Made by a program: the position numbers and the translations under genes
Source: an uncultured Anaerolinea sp.
Lineage (GTDB): Bacteria > Chloroflexota > Anaerolineae > Anaerolineales > Villigracilaceae
Reading direction: 5' to 3'
Length of the DNA: 64,000 nt
Assembly (NCBI GenBank): GCA_964372045.1
Contig: CAYJPO010000012.1
Coordinates: forward strand, 517-64,516
The notes under the pieces: generated by a model
Told to the model about the DNA's origin: nothing
Seen by the model: only the letters and a program-made list of their open reading frames with translations
Database searches by the model: none
In this document: positions 38,401 to 44,352 of the stretch, one piece after another
How the letters are laid out: each line of letters opens with the position of its first letter
Position numbering within the stretch: the first letter of the stretch is position 1

Positions 38401-39406
38401 CTCCAAGACCGCCGACCCGCTCATTGCTGCGATCGGTTCGACAATTACGTTCACGGTGTCGATCGCACATACCCCTGATAGCGCTTTGGATGCCTTCGAC
38501 GTGGTCGTCACAGATGACCTACCCGAAGGGCTCACGTTGATCCCCGGCACGATCAGCTTTACCGGTCTGCCTGCGGATATCACCGACTTTGATACTGCAA
38601 CCGGCGTGCTCACATTCACCTGGCACACCTTCCCGTTGAGTGCGTCCAGCGTTATCACCTTCCAGACGACCTTCGTTGGACCGGCCCCGGTGACGAACGC
38701 CGCCAACGTTGCGTGGACAAGCCTGCCCATCGACCCGCAACCGCAACCGAGCGGTCCGCCGGTGTTACTTTCCACCTTCAATGACTTTGCCACCGAGCGT
38801 TGGTATGACCCGACAGACCTTACCGGTGTGAACGATTACGGTGTGAGTGCTTCCGTTGTCGTGAATGCACCGTCCGGCGGGAAGTGGCTGCCAAAGACCG
38901 GTTTTGCGCCGGATGTCATCACCGAACTCCCGCCCATGCCTGCGGACTTTGCCTACGCCCAAACCGACGTCTGGATCGAGATTCCAAAGCTCGATCAGAA
39001 ACTGACGTTGGTGGGTGTGCCGTTCAACAACGAGACCGGCGAGTGGGATCTGCGCTGGCTTGGAAGTGAAGCCGGCTGGCTGGAGTACACTGCCTTCCCG
39101 ACGTACTCCGGTAATTCTGCCATCACTGCCCACGCCACCCTGCCTACCGGCGAGGATGGTCCCTTCGCGCAACTGGACAGCCTCAGTTATGGCGACCAGA
39201 TCATTGTCCATATCAACGGTCAGCGCTACATTTATGAAGTGCGCGCGAAGCTCCAGGTACTGCCTGAGGCAGTCCGCTCCGTCCTCAAGCATGAAGAAAT
39301 TTCGTGGCTGACCCTCATCACGTGTAAATCCTATAACGAGAGGACAGGCGAGTACAAATATCGCAGTGTTGTGCGCGCCGTGTTGCTCACGGTTGAGGAT
39401 GAGTAA
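26456..39406 (+). CDS. Giant secreted adhesin-like protein 2 (4316 aa): signal peptide, many DUF11/isopeptide pilin-D2-like domains, 3 SdrD-B pairs, LPKTG, C-terminal sortase domain
   Basis: Signal ending in AQA; repeated xKS/xKT...IGE..xY...D.LP.G domains; YALGNRVWFDT at 34028, 34994 and 36014; LPKTG 38888-38902; sortase His 39131, TLITC Cys 39323, Arg 39362. Confidence 0.9.
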   Translation: MRTIMTSFYSSRSLSPYHFFVTLLFILTQVFVFSPAQASPAPEPVERRPLFMPVAGVALGVPSEVFIGQEFTFTASFSNNANTSDADPADTGYGPFIDLVFPVTGVDGDDGIDFVSASYGGAALLGSQVYENIFPDDDGIGLGTTGCVQHPIAVLGANVPPVPSDVTQPRYMTVCGTAGDKLVTLVLPFGSFVPGQPTAEVTVTAQLSDLADVSTPLNIQAAGGFQYGATPTNDFCCSPFDATLYNVPNPGDTTTWPGSSVEPIIMTLAKTYVGPENETATGPNFPRQYRISVDIADGQTVSNLNFVDILPDNIQFIGIDSVTGGSYAVNGSLPSTSTPGGTLDITLDNPVTGTSGSSDAILLFSFYVDRLDASSNPVIDASTGEQINPTNNSSSASGPWDPIDPRDDTLPLPTASGACAPPCVGIQDESIAVQKSVRNITDGSNSPGDVLEYTLEFQVSDFFGFEDVVLTDVISDGQRFDTGFAPTLDFSANPASNDFSGNFVLNTNYTVDSTDIGNTGPGWPASDGTDGTQTITFNVSGLLGEQLLGGCVNPTAANNPPVCTGSGPYGNDSTVGTIRFQTIIQDEFSDEYPSGDESVDHGDTLDNNVDITGTVLDLTDYSPVTGFDTAAGTPVDDSGAGVTIAFGGLVKSIYAVNGSTTIPEYLTPGDEVTYSLTYTQPASDFEETVFTDYLPLPVYDASEITVLSNAACGGTYPAGTICLGSGDTFHTTFASVWGTTYIPTLSVSPAGNSFTVTYPEFDDLSNRNTIIELMVTVTVQNDPFADGLFLTNQAAALEGTTNAGDQNVDSIIQIRLGEPDLSTSKTAVSTSHTPVADVTFASDDPLVPASNLIVGQFASPANAGVPFTTPLGSDDLSTDPDDLTLAFNRFNSTMFGVDDQDLVKYAILIENRGHSANGGYDIVVSDIMPPQMDFPGGASANLNLQLYRGDGEPLTFAVIYFGGDGEYGGGDDIVTPGDSTNAHLIFTSGYAIRVNDPTSGIDAGKGACQVHEATSGRNVIVITYDLQVDGDYDPNTIIENTTTFHNYGGTEGGPNHLPKPEDEDANIVVGTPSFAQGEGKTLLSTELDSVLTPATVTGNTRTQAVIGELATYELEVNLHEGRLPAAQLVDTLDAGLSFVRIDSVTVSPGVTVQTTPGTGTIPTNVTIASANGGVANQLTYNFGDIVNANTDDAVNETITIVYTAVVNNVGTNQSGTGLNNSAQLTWGGGGSLPAITSEEVIVLEPVMTINKDTVPSTITSLDAGDTLDYRIIITNSGATEAYDVTFSDPLPQYYESISITGVSGTGGAALSDFEIVGSGTFPADPYILQTTVAANLDLNPGETIIVDLQGTLSNSIPPSSTLSNTGTVMWTSLNGNVVDRSTHNPGESDERTGTNPVVQPNDYTASSSVVIDISNPLLLTKSLIATSESHTTLNGGTGLEDVAIGEIVRYRLAVRIPEGTSRNLQFQDRLPAGMTFLDDGTARLSFVSDAAVLGSVSSAASGGIPAIVCANDDGSSAAAASMTCTFADDNISNSLAGFDDTFTSGRNVYFKFGDVTNSENDLNDEFIVVEFNAIVDNAIITGLPSSQNDNGDTLINDFVAHENGSPSPVGVNSDDINVTVREPVINNVDKVLTAPIPTSFDAGDTVSFTVAFSNTGSVDAFDVVLRDTLHPALDLTSVSAPTYTSCSIVPTGTNNSDTGAGNLVQYTFDRVASNCQISLTYTANILYSVTPAQVLTNTGVVTYTSLPGTNGTTSNPTGSSVPGASGTETGERNGTYPTIIEPNDYMHSDNAQLTIDNVVPTKSIIATSETHTSDATADTIVDPRPVAIGEIMRYRLVVQVPEGSNTDLTLTDQLSTGVTSIFDTTTEISTLNFGAGNFGSLDFGAALEAANGVTVDLYNAGGAPQFTAPFNLVTLNGSNLLTFNLGDIVNNDNDANAEYIIIDFNVLVDNEGGIDNGDVFANNFGVSVNSRPVVTSNTVYARVNEPAITNLDKTVTSAGPYDAGDTVSYSVTYTNSGTSDAFEVQVLDALNSTYFTINTGSVSVTSVCATLPATVVTSSNTVDVTVSRVPVGCVVTITYSAVLTTSVNPSTNYLNTANITYTSLPGTGTTGNPTGSNTPGGSGAANGERNGVGGVNDQNDTDTAQITIAAIQPEKRIIATSETHTIDPANPTNILVDDILTNPRPVVVGEVMRYQLAMTVPEGTSTDFVISDQLSTGVTPIFDATTEIRTLNFGVPFTSVDFGAPLAAASTGTVDLYNAGGTPQFTAPFNLVTLNGSNLLTFNLGDIVNNDLNDGNAEYIIVEFNVLVDNEAGNQNLTVFDNDFTVSINGATSGTSNTVYHRVVEPVLATTKNDNDPDGWAYGQTVTYTVQVAHVSGDPTPADNSAADAFDLVVTDTIPAGLTYVTNTMTAPAGWTLDQSAAPILIWRCTSPVCAMTLAGGAVNLTYQVVVNDVTVTPHIDGNTTVTNTAVTTWTSQPGAGTTGNSTGSNTPGVSGATDGERNGSGGVNDYTVTVNHTDGLAPYYALGNRVWFDTDNSADINGAEVGVGGVQVRLYESDGVTPVYEPNSVIPRVTTTNATGYYLFDYLEPRDYIVVIPAANFDNTGVGDTTTALVGYWSSQTSRDAAGAIIETAAPGPNNDTDSDDNGTRQASGDVVSLPITIGPGEPTGEVAPGGQGAQPDDRANMTVDFGFYKVAIGNLVYEDINANGTYDNGIDTPLNNVPVELLSSTGVLIESTSTNGSGLYSFVNHPDGDYIVRVTTPTGMVSTIDTFAATDNANPDNEPTGEVDDNDNGIGIGADTLINVSSGVLTMDSGESGSTPAVITVDDNTGTTTDTGLDFGFVYPYALGNRVWFDTDNSADINGVEVGVDGVLVTLYHADALGVATTPVTVGGLPVSDTTTNGGYYLFDYLNPGNYVVVLPASNFAVGAVLEGYWSSQTFRNDTTGAITETPAPNPDLGVDGAVGGGDDDEDSDDNGTLQTGGTFNGAVIAQSATLGPSGNTEPTNDNDLETGVNHGDQPDGRSNLSVDFGFYKVSVGNLVWADADKDGVYDAGEPLFQNATVYLYAANPTTNAVIGAALASTTTDINGVYNFDTLPEGNYIVAVDAPVGTFSTIDSADTITPNTNTDDADNGIGETGGTVYSNAVFLEAGNAGINNVVDDGAGPLTIDFGATYNPTMDFGFTPVYSLGNRVWFDTNNNRIIDNFEVGVDDVAVLLYDISGNQILIGADGILGSADDGTTNPVLTDNGGYYLFNGLEAGDYVVVIAASNFVSGGELEGYWSSETRRDTTTGLVTEPLAHSPETSQDSDDNGTLQTSGAFNNAVIAQTVTLGPTFNEPQNEGSVAGALDATLPGNQQGQPDAQANMTVDFGFYTITLGDLVWIDTDNSGTVTGAEAGIDGVTVHLYPVNGIGAPVGSPVIATTAGGGLYSFTGLPQGNYIVHLPDTNFMGAAALRDYYSSTGAGNLYEVPAAPNPDIVTVDSDDNGTEVGTLGFTGGYIQSGIFALTPTFEGSYDNTIGTTNEPRVDFGVYRSPQVNLSIVKTETPDKGYYLQGETTTYSILVTNHGPADVINAVIDDAIPLDGSSNPMFTEWDWVCTTTGGATCNPQLNLTGDFIDTVDMPYGSTITYTVSVTVAGTATGTLVNTATVTAPASVTEGNLTDNSFSDTNNPASITITKTDGLTVVAPNSPLTYTITVTNNGAVDLTSLTVTDTLPGEVIFQSANPVPATAPAPNTPGGTLTWTGLSLLSGASTDISVTVLVIPTAIGPNLLNSVTVTDANTNATASATDSDVVAWDKTKVLAGTSEAFTPETITPPSTLRPVAIGEVLTYQISVEVPANSTLTNLRALDIMDAGLAFVRCVSIAPDANLTTDLTGGFAAACNAPFSLLVGPIPNPVISREPVGDPSTYNDGRRVDFNLGNVTNTDLANVQTLTITYEAIVLDIPSNVQGTPGLDNGVTWSWLGGSLSASANAVEIKEPKLSISKTADPLIAAIGSTITFTVSIAHTPDSALDAFDVVVTDDLPEGLTLIPGTISFTGLPADITDFDTATGVLTFTWHTFPLSASSVITFQTTFVGPAPVTNAANVAWTSLPIDPQPQPSGPPVLLSTFNDFATERWYDPTDLTGVNDYGVSASVVVNAPSGGKWLPKTGFAPDVITELPPMPADFAYAQTDVWIEIPKLDQKLTLVGVPFNNETGEWDLRWLGSEAGWLEYTAFPTYSGNSAITAHATLPTGEDGPFAQLDSLSYGDQIIVHINGQRYIYEVRAKLQVLPEAVRSVLKHEEISWLTLITCKSYNERTGEYKYRSVVRAVLLTVEDE

Positions 39407-39419
39407 AAACTGGTAGTGT

Positions 39420-39459
39420 AGAGTGCGGAGTTGCCAAAAACAATTCCGCACTCTCTTTA
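39420..39459 (+). terminator. Intrinsic terminator after adhesin 2
   Basis: Stem agagtgcggagttg/caattccgcactct followed by ctttat. Confidence 0.8.
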
Positions 39460-39475
39460 TAAGCATGCGGTGATT

Positions 39476-39636
39476 ATGGCTGTAGCAAAGTCAGTTGACG
39501 AACTTTTGGTTTTATGGCACAGGCTTAACGCGAAAAGCGCGAAGTGAGCGAATGTTCGCGAAATCTATTAAAAATTCGCGTTATTCGCCTTTTTGCGAAA
39601 TTCGCGTTAAGGTTTTGCCGACTTTGCTACAGCCAT
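39476..39636. mobile_element. MITE-like element (161 bp) with 17-bp terminal inverted repeats and an internal REP-like palindrome
   Basis: ATGGCTGTAGCAAAGTC (39476-39492) and its reverse complement (39620-39636); internal TTAACGCGAA (39525) ... TTCGCGTTAA (39601) with repeated GCGAA/TTCGC; no ORF. Confidence 0.7.
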
Positions 39637-39691
39637 GATACGGTGACAAGTCCCACTATTTTATTGTGACCGCGCTGGGTATAATTGGCTC

Positions 39692-40279
39692 ATGACACCC
39701 CGTTCCCTCAAAGTTTTCCTCTGCCACGCTTCGGTCGATAAACCTGAAGTTGGGAAGTTATACGCCTTTCTCCGCAGTCAAGGCGCAGACCCCTGGCTTG
39801 ATTCAGAGAATCTTCTCCCCGGTCAGGATTGGAATTTCGAGATCCGCAAATCGCTGGATGATTCGGATGTCATCCTGATCTGCCTCTCGAAGAAATCGGT
39901 CAGCAAAGAGGGGTATGTTCAGAAAGAACTCCGCATCGCTCTGGACCTTGCGCTTGAGATGCCGGAGGAACGCATTTTCCTCATCCCAGCCAGGCTCGAA
40001 GATTGCGACCTGCCCTATAGTCTGAAGCCCTATCACTGGGTCGACCTGTACACCCCAAGCGGCATGGAGAAATTGGTCAAAAGCCTCAACCTGCGCGCCA
40101 GGCAGGTCGGTGCGAGATCGCTGTCAGAGGACGGCGCACCTGCCCCTGAGATCAAGAAAACCACCCCGAAGAAAAAACCTCGCGCGAAACCTTCCTCCGG
40201 ACCCACCATCAACATTCACGGAAATGTCACCGGCTCGACGATCGTCGTCGGCGACGATAATCAAGTGGATACCGATTGA
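39692..40279 (+). CDS. TIR_2 domain protein with RHIM-like C-terminal tail
   Basis: KVFLCHAS, DPWLD, LPGQDW, VQKEL (catalytic Glu), IPARLEDC; K/P-rich linker; tail INIHGNVTGSTIVVGDDNQV; leaderless TATAAT-N6-ATG. Confidence 0.88.
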   Translation: MTPRSLKVFLCHASVDKPEVGKLYAFLRSQGADPWLDSENLLPGQDWNFEIRKSLDDSDVILICLSKKSVSKEGYVQKELRIALDLALEMPEERIFLIPARLEDCDLPYSLKPYHWVDLYTPSGMEKLVKSLNLRARQVGARSLSEDGAPAPEIKKTTPKKKPRAKPSSGPTINIHGNVTGSTIVVGDDNQVDTD

Positions 40280-40292
40280 TCTCTTTTGTAAA

Positions 40293-40326
40293 AAACTCCC
40301 CGCGCCATTCACGACGCGGGGAGTTT
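40293..40326. terminator. Bidirectional terminator between TIR and NYN genes
   Basis: Stem aaactccccgcg/cgcggggagttt. Confidence 0.8.
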
Positions 40327-40328
40327 GC

Positions 40329-41078
40329 TTATTCTTTGAGCTTCACAAAGAACAGGGTGGAGCCGTCCATCTCCTGCGCTCGGATGTCGAAGCGGTCTTT
40401 GTATTTGCTGAGCATTTTGGAGAGCTGCTTGTGTCCGTACGTCCGCGGATCGAAGGCGGGGTCGAGTTGGTAAAGCGCATTGCCCATGGTTGCCAATGAT
40501 GCCCAGCCATCCTGTTGGACCGCCATCTCGAACGCCTGTGTCAGCAGGGGAGTGGGGTCTGATTCGTCCCTCTTTTTTGTGCCGCTTTTTTGAGAGCGTT
40601 GTTGCGCCGCTTCTTTCTTGGCGGTGACAAGGTTCTCCGTGTAGACGAATACATCGCAGGCGTTGACAAAAGGCTTCGGCGTTTTCTTCTCCCCAATGCC
40701 CATCACAAAGATACCGGTTTCGCGGATGCGCGTAGCCAATCTGGTGTAGTCGCTGTCACTGGAGACCAGGCAAAAGCCATCCACCACGCCTGTGTGCAAA
40801 ATATCCATTGCATCGATGATCATGGCGCTGTCGGTGGCATTTTTCCCGATCGTATACCGGAATTGTTGAATGGGTTGGAAGGCATGGAAGTTGAGCGTTT
40901 CCTTCCATGAATTCATGTTGTTCGTTGTCCAATCGCCATAGATGCGGCGGACGGTGACCTGTCCATGCCGACCGGATTCAACCAGCATTTGCGGCAGCAG
41001 TCCCGCCTGTGCGTTATCGCCGTCGATGAGCATTGCGATCTTGTTCCTGGAGAGGGATTTTATCTTTTCATCAGCCAT
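40329..41078 (-). CDS. NYN (LabA/DUF88) domain protein with C-terminal OST-HTH/LOTUS domain
   Basis: LIDGDNA, RRIYGDW, GKNATD, VSSDSDY, and PAFDPRTYGHKQL motifs; leaderless TATAAT-N6-ATG at 41078. Confidence 0.9.
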   Translation of the reverse strand: MADEKIKSLSRNKIAMLIDGDNAQAGLLPQMLVESGRHGQVTVRRIYGDWTTNNMNSWKETLNFHAFQPIQQFRYTIGKNATDSAMIIDAMDILHTGVVDGFCLVSSDSDYTRLATRIRETGIFVMGIGEKKTPKPFVNACDVFVYTENLVTAKKEAAQQRSQKSGTKKRDESDPTPLLTQAFEMAVQQDGWASLATMGNALYQLDPAFDPRTYGHKQLSKMLSKYKDRFDIRAQEMDGSTLFFVKLKE

Positions 41079-41207
41079 GACGCCATTATACCTGCTGGTA
41101 TGGCTTTTGATGGGTTCTAAAGGGACGGAATTCCCCCAACGTAATCGGTTATACTCATGCGAGTTTCGTAATGATTCTCTAACCAATCATCTCAAGAGGC
41201 AAAAGGT

Positions 41208-42551
41208 ATGCAGGAACGATTCAATCGGTGGATTCCGATCCGTTCAGGGGAGTCGGGGTTGGTGCTTGCCCTCGGCTTTATTTTGTTCGCGAATTACGCT
41301 GCAATGGGCATCACCAAAGTAGTTTCGGTCAGCGGATTTCTGAGCGAAGTCAAGGATCATTACATCCTTCTCGTTTGGGCAGTGGATATGGTTCTGTTGA
41401 TCCTGGCGACGGGAGTCCAGTCCCTCATTGTGGATCGGTTCGACCGGATCAAACTTGTGGCGGGGGTGTTGTTGGTTTTTGCGCTCTTGTATGCAATTCT
41501 TCCCCTGGCTTTCATCATCAAAGGAATTCCCGGTTCAGTCGGTTATACCCTGATCTATCTACTGAACGACCAGCAATGGCGTTTCTTTCCGGTCATTTTT
41601 TGGATCCTCGTCACAGATATTTATGATCCCGGAACCGGGCGTAGGGTGATGCCGGTTATCGGCACCTTCGCCTTTTTAGGTACGATCATTGGCTTGGGAG
41701 TGGCGGCTCTCGATGCAAAACTTCAGTTTGGTCCTGCCCGGTTGTTGTTCTTGAATGCCGCGATCTTTTTTATCGCCTTTCTGATCTCTCGATTCGGTGT
41801 TCGGAATCTTAATGTCCCGCCTCCCATCAAAACCTCGGATTCCATGAAGGAAACCCTCACGGAAGGCTGGGAATTCATCAAAACGGTTCCCGCCTTTGCC
41901 TATCTCGCGTTGGGAATGCTTGCGGCTGGAAGTGTCATGACCATTCTCCTCTATGATGCGCTTTCAGACGCGAAGCTCGACCTTGGCAGTGGGTTTCAAT
42001 CGTTTTATGCCAGCTACAACCTGATCATTGCCGTCGTTTCCATTTTTGTGCAGGGAATTGCAAGCAAGGTTATCGAACGGATATCGCTTAAACGCAGCTT
42101 TTTGATCCAGCCGATCATGATGCTGGGATCCGTGATCGCCAATTTCTTCATCCCTGGGTATATGGGCAGCGGGTTTGCACAAGGCGCCTCCCGGGTCACG
42201 TATGATACCGTTGACCTCTCTGCGCGGAAGTCTTTCCAGGCGATGGTCCCAAATGAAAAACGCGGACGTGTCAGCATGTTTATCGATAGTTACCTGCCCT
42301 CCGGCGGTACGATCCTTGGAAGTCTCATCACTTTTGCGCTTATAGTCACTGGGATGCGCTTTGGGCTGGCGCGGGAGCAATATTCCGAGGCATATCTTGT
42401 TCTGGGTATCGGGCTTGCCCTGATCGCCTTATTTGCAGCCTACAAAGTTCGCACGACCTACGAACAAAGCATGTTGAATTGGCAACTGAAACGCCGCACG
42501 CGCGGTGCCAGTGTCTTGGACAAGCTGGACTTTGGAGATGGGGGCAAATAA
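41208..42551 (+). CDS. MFS-like membrane transporter, Npt1/Npt2 (TLC-like) family
   Basis: About 12 TM segments; FWILVTDIYD..TGRRVMPVIG and RKSFQAMVPNEKRGRV patterns. Confidence 0.65.
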   Translation: MQERFNRWIPIRSGESGLVLALGFILFANYAAMGITKVVSVSGFLSEVKDHYILLVWAVDMVLLILATGVQSLIVDRFDRIKLVAGVLLVFALLYAILPLAFIIKGIPGSVGYTLIYLLNDQQWRFFPVIFWILVTDIYDPGTGRRVMPVIGTFAFLGTIIGLGVAALDAKLQFGPARLLFLNAAIFFIAFLISRFGVRNLNVPPPIKTSDSMKETLTEGWEFIKTVPAFAYLALGMLAAGSVMTILLYDALSDAKLDLGSGFQSFYASYNLIIAVVSIFVQGIASKVIERISLKRSFLIQPIMMLGSVIANFFIPGYMGSGFAQGASRVTYDTVDLSARKSFQAMVPNEKRGRVSMFIDSYLPSGGTILGSLITFALIVTGMRFGLAREQYSEAYLVLGIGLALIALFAAYKVRTTYEQSMLNWQLKRRTRGASVLDKLDFGDGGK

Positions 42552-43267
42552 TGTCTGCAAACGAGGTGGTTACAGAAGGGAATGTAACGATCTACGAATT
42601 GCTCGGCTCCGGCGATACCGACCGGATCGAAGTCATGCTCGGTTTGTACGCAAAGCTTTTTCCGCAATACCAGCATTACGTTCCACGAATGAGGCGCAGG
42701 GCTCAATTTGGGAACGAGCATCGCACGGGTCATATTCTTCATTATTGGCTGGTTGAAGTGGGCGGTCAACCAGCCGGTCTGCGCACATTTCGGTATGTCC
42801 GCGGGCGCAGGTGCGGCTTGGCTCACGCCCTCGCCGTTGACCCGGCATTTCGTGATGTGCTTGTCCGGGATAAAAAGCTGGCGGTGTTTGTCATCTACGA
42901 ATGTCTTGCGCGGGTCATCTGCGATGCGCATGATCGGGGTGACGCGCCCCTGCTGGGCATGGTCAATGAAGTGGAACCGGATCGATTGATGGAACATTAC
43001 GCGCGTAACGGTCTGGTGAAATTGCCGGTAAAATATGTGGAACCGATCTTCCCACCGGAGTTGAACGGCAGGAGCCGTGAAGAGGAAGTGTCTATGATCC
43101 GATTTTCTCCCATGCATATGGGATTCCTGCCGAATCCAGATGCTGGAATAACGGCATATACTCATGCCATGATATCGGATTTTGCGCTCGCATTTCTCGT
43201 GGATCATTATGGACTGCCGGAAACACATCCTGCAGTTCAGGAAGTTCTTAAAACCATCGAAGGATAG
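42551..43267 (+). CDS. Hypothetical protein, probable GNAT-like fold
   Basis: ATG overlaps upstream TAA; ALAVDPAFR strand-helix pattern; YARNG. Confidence 0.5.
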   Translation: MSANEVVTEGNVTIYELLGSGDTDRIEVMLGLYAKLFPQYQHYVPRMRRRAQFGNEHRTGHILHYWLVEVGGQPAGLRTFRYVRGRRCGLAHALAVDPAFRDVLVRDKKLAVFVIYECLARVICDAHDRGDAPLLGMVNEVEPDRLMEHYARNGLVKLPVKYVEPIFPPELNGRSREEEVSMIRFSPMHMGFLPNPDAGITAYTHAMISDFALAFLVDHYGLPETHPAVQEVLKTIEG

Positions 43268-43275
43268 GATGACTT

Positions 43276-44352
43276 ATGAGCGAACAAAAAATTGACCTAG
43301 CCAGATCGACGGGACGTTTTTTCAGTCTTCGTCTCAAAATGTGGATCGGCTTTATTCTGATCTTTACCCCTGTTTTCGTCGCCAGTTATTACTGGTTTTA
43401 TCAATACACAGTCGACCGGGTTTTGCAGACCGTAACCGATGACCTTCAGGAAACTCTGACGGGAGCGATCCAGGGTATGGATAAAGAAGGCTTCGTCCAA
43501 CTCTATGAAGAAGAGAGTGCGAACAACCCGATGTGTCCGCCTGAAAAACCAACCTCCGATACTCCGCCTGAGGAAAATGGGTATTACCCTGATGACAATC
43601 CGCTCTACATTGCTCATGAGAACTGGCTGCTCGCTGTCCAACGGCTCGAGCCGCAGACCAAGATATATACCTACATCAAAGGACCGGATGCGGGCGAGAT
43701 CATTGCCATCGGAAGCACCGGCTACTTCCGCGAGCCGCGCGGCGGGTTCCGATTCTGCCAGCGTTATACTTCCACGACCAGCCGAATTTATGATGGGCTG
43801 ACTTCTCAGGTCAACGTCTGGGATCCCTACGATGACGGGAATTTTGGTGTCTGGATCACTTCTTATGCGCCGATCAATGATGCCAATGGAAACATCATCG
43901 GTGCGATCGGTGTCGACATTTCGGCGCTGTATGTAGAGGAAGTCCGCAGTGAGATCCTCCGAAATGGGGCGATCGCTTTTGTTGCCAGCTACGTTTTGAT
44001 CTTCATCCTGGTTTATTGGTTGTCCGGCTTCCTTACGCGCCCCATTATCGGGCTTGCCGGTTCTGCCAAAAAGATCGGTGAAGGAGATTATGACCAGGAG
44101 ATCAATGTCACCCGACCGGATGAAAAAGGTTTCCATGATGAGATCGATACACTGACCGACGTTTTCAAGGTCATGGTGGATAAAGTTGCCCAGCGTGAAA
44201 AATCCCTGCGAGCGCGCGTCCAGCAATTGGAGATCATGATCGACAAATCCAAGCTGGTCAAGCAGGTCAGCGAGATCGTGGAAAGTGATTTCTTCCAGGA
44301 ACTCCAATCCAAAGTAAAAGGGATGAGAGATCGTTTCAACAAGGATGAGTAA
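43276..44352 (+). CDS. Two-TM sensor with extracytoplasmic Cache-like domain, HAMP and coiled-coil tail; no output domain
   Basis: TM1; WITSYAPINDANGNIIGAIGVD; TM2; RPII.L...A..IG.G.Y...DEI..L HAMP; tail LEIMIDKSK..QVSEIVESDFFQELQ. Confidence 0.75.
   Translation: MSEQKIDLARSTGRFFSLRLKMWIGFILIFTPVFVASYYWFYQYTVDRVLQTVTDDLQETLTGAIQGMDKEGFVQLYEEESANNPMCPPEKPTSDTPPEENGYYPDDNPLYIAHENWLLAVQRLEPQTKIYTYIKGPDAGEIIAIGSTGYFREPRGGFRFCQRYTSTTSRIYDGLTSQVNVWDPYDDGNFGVWITSYAPINDANGNIIGAIGVDISALYVEEVRSEILRNGAIAFVASYVLIFILVYWLSGFLTRPIIGLAGSAKKIGEGDYDQEINVTRPDEKGFHDEIDTLTDVFKVMVDKVAQREKSLRARVQQLEIMIDKSKLVKQVSEIVESDFFQELQSKVKGMRDRFNKDE

Noticed and set aside
20000-39466. Many 100-240 aa antisense and alternate-frame ORFs inside the two giant genes
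   Set aside because: Expected from GC-rich codon bias and repeats; duplicated ORFs just mirror the 1038-bp repeat.
39525-39610. Repeated GCGAA/TTCGC units as a CRISPR array
   Set aside because: No constant-length direct repeats with unique spacers and no cas genes; it is a nested palindrome.
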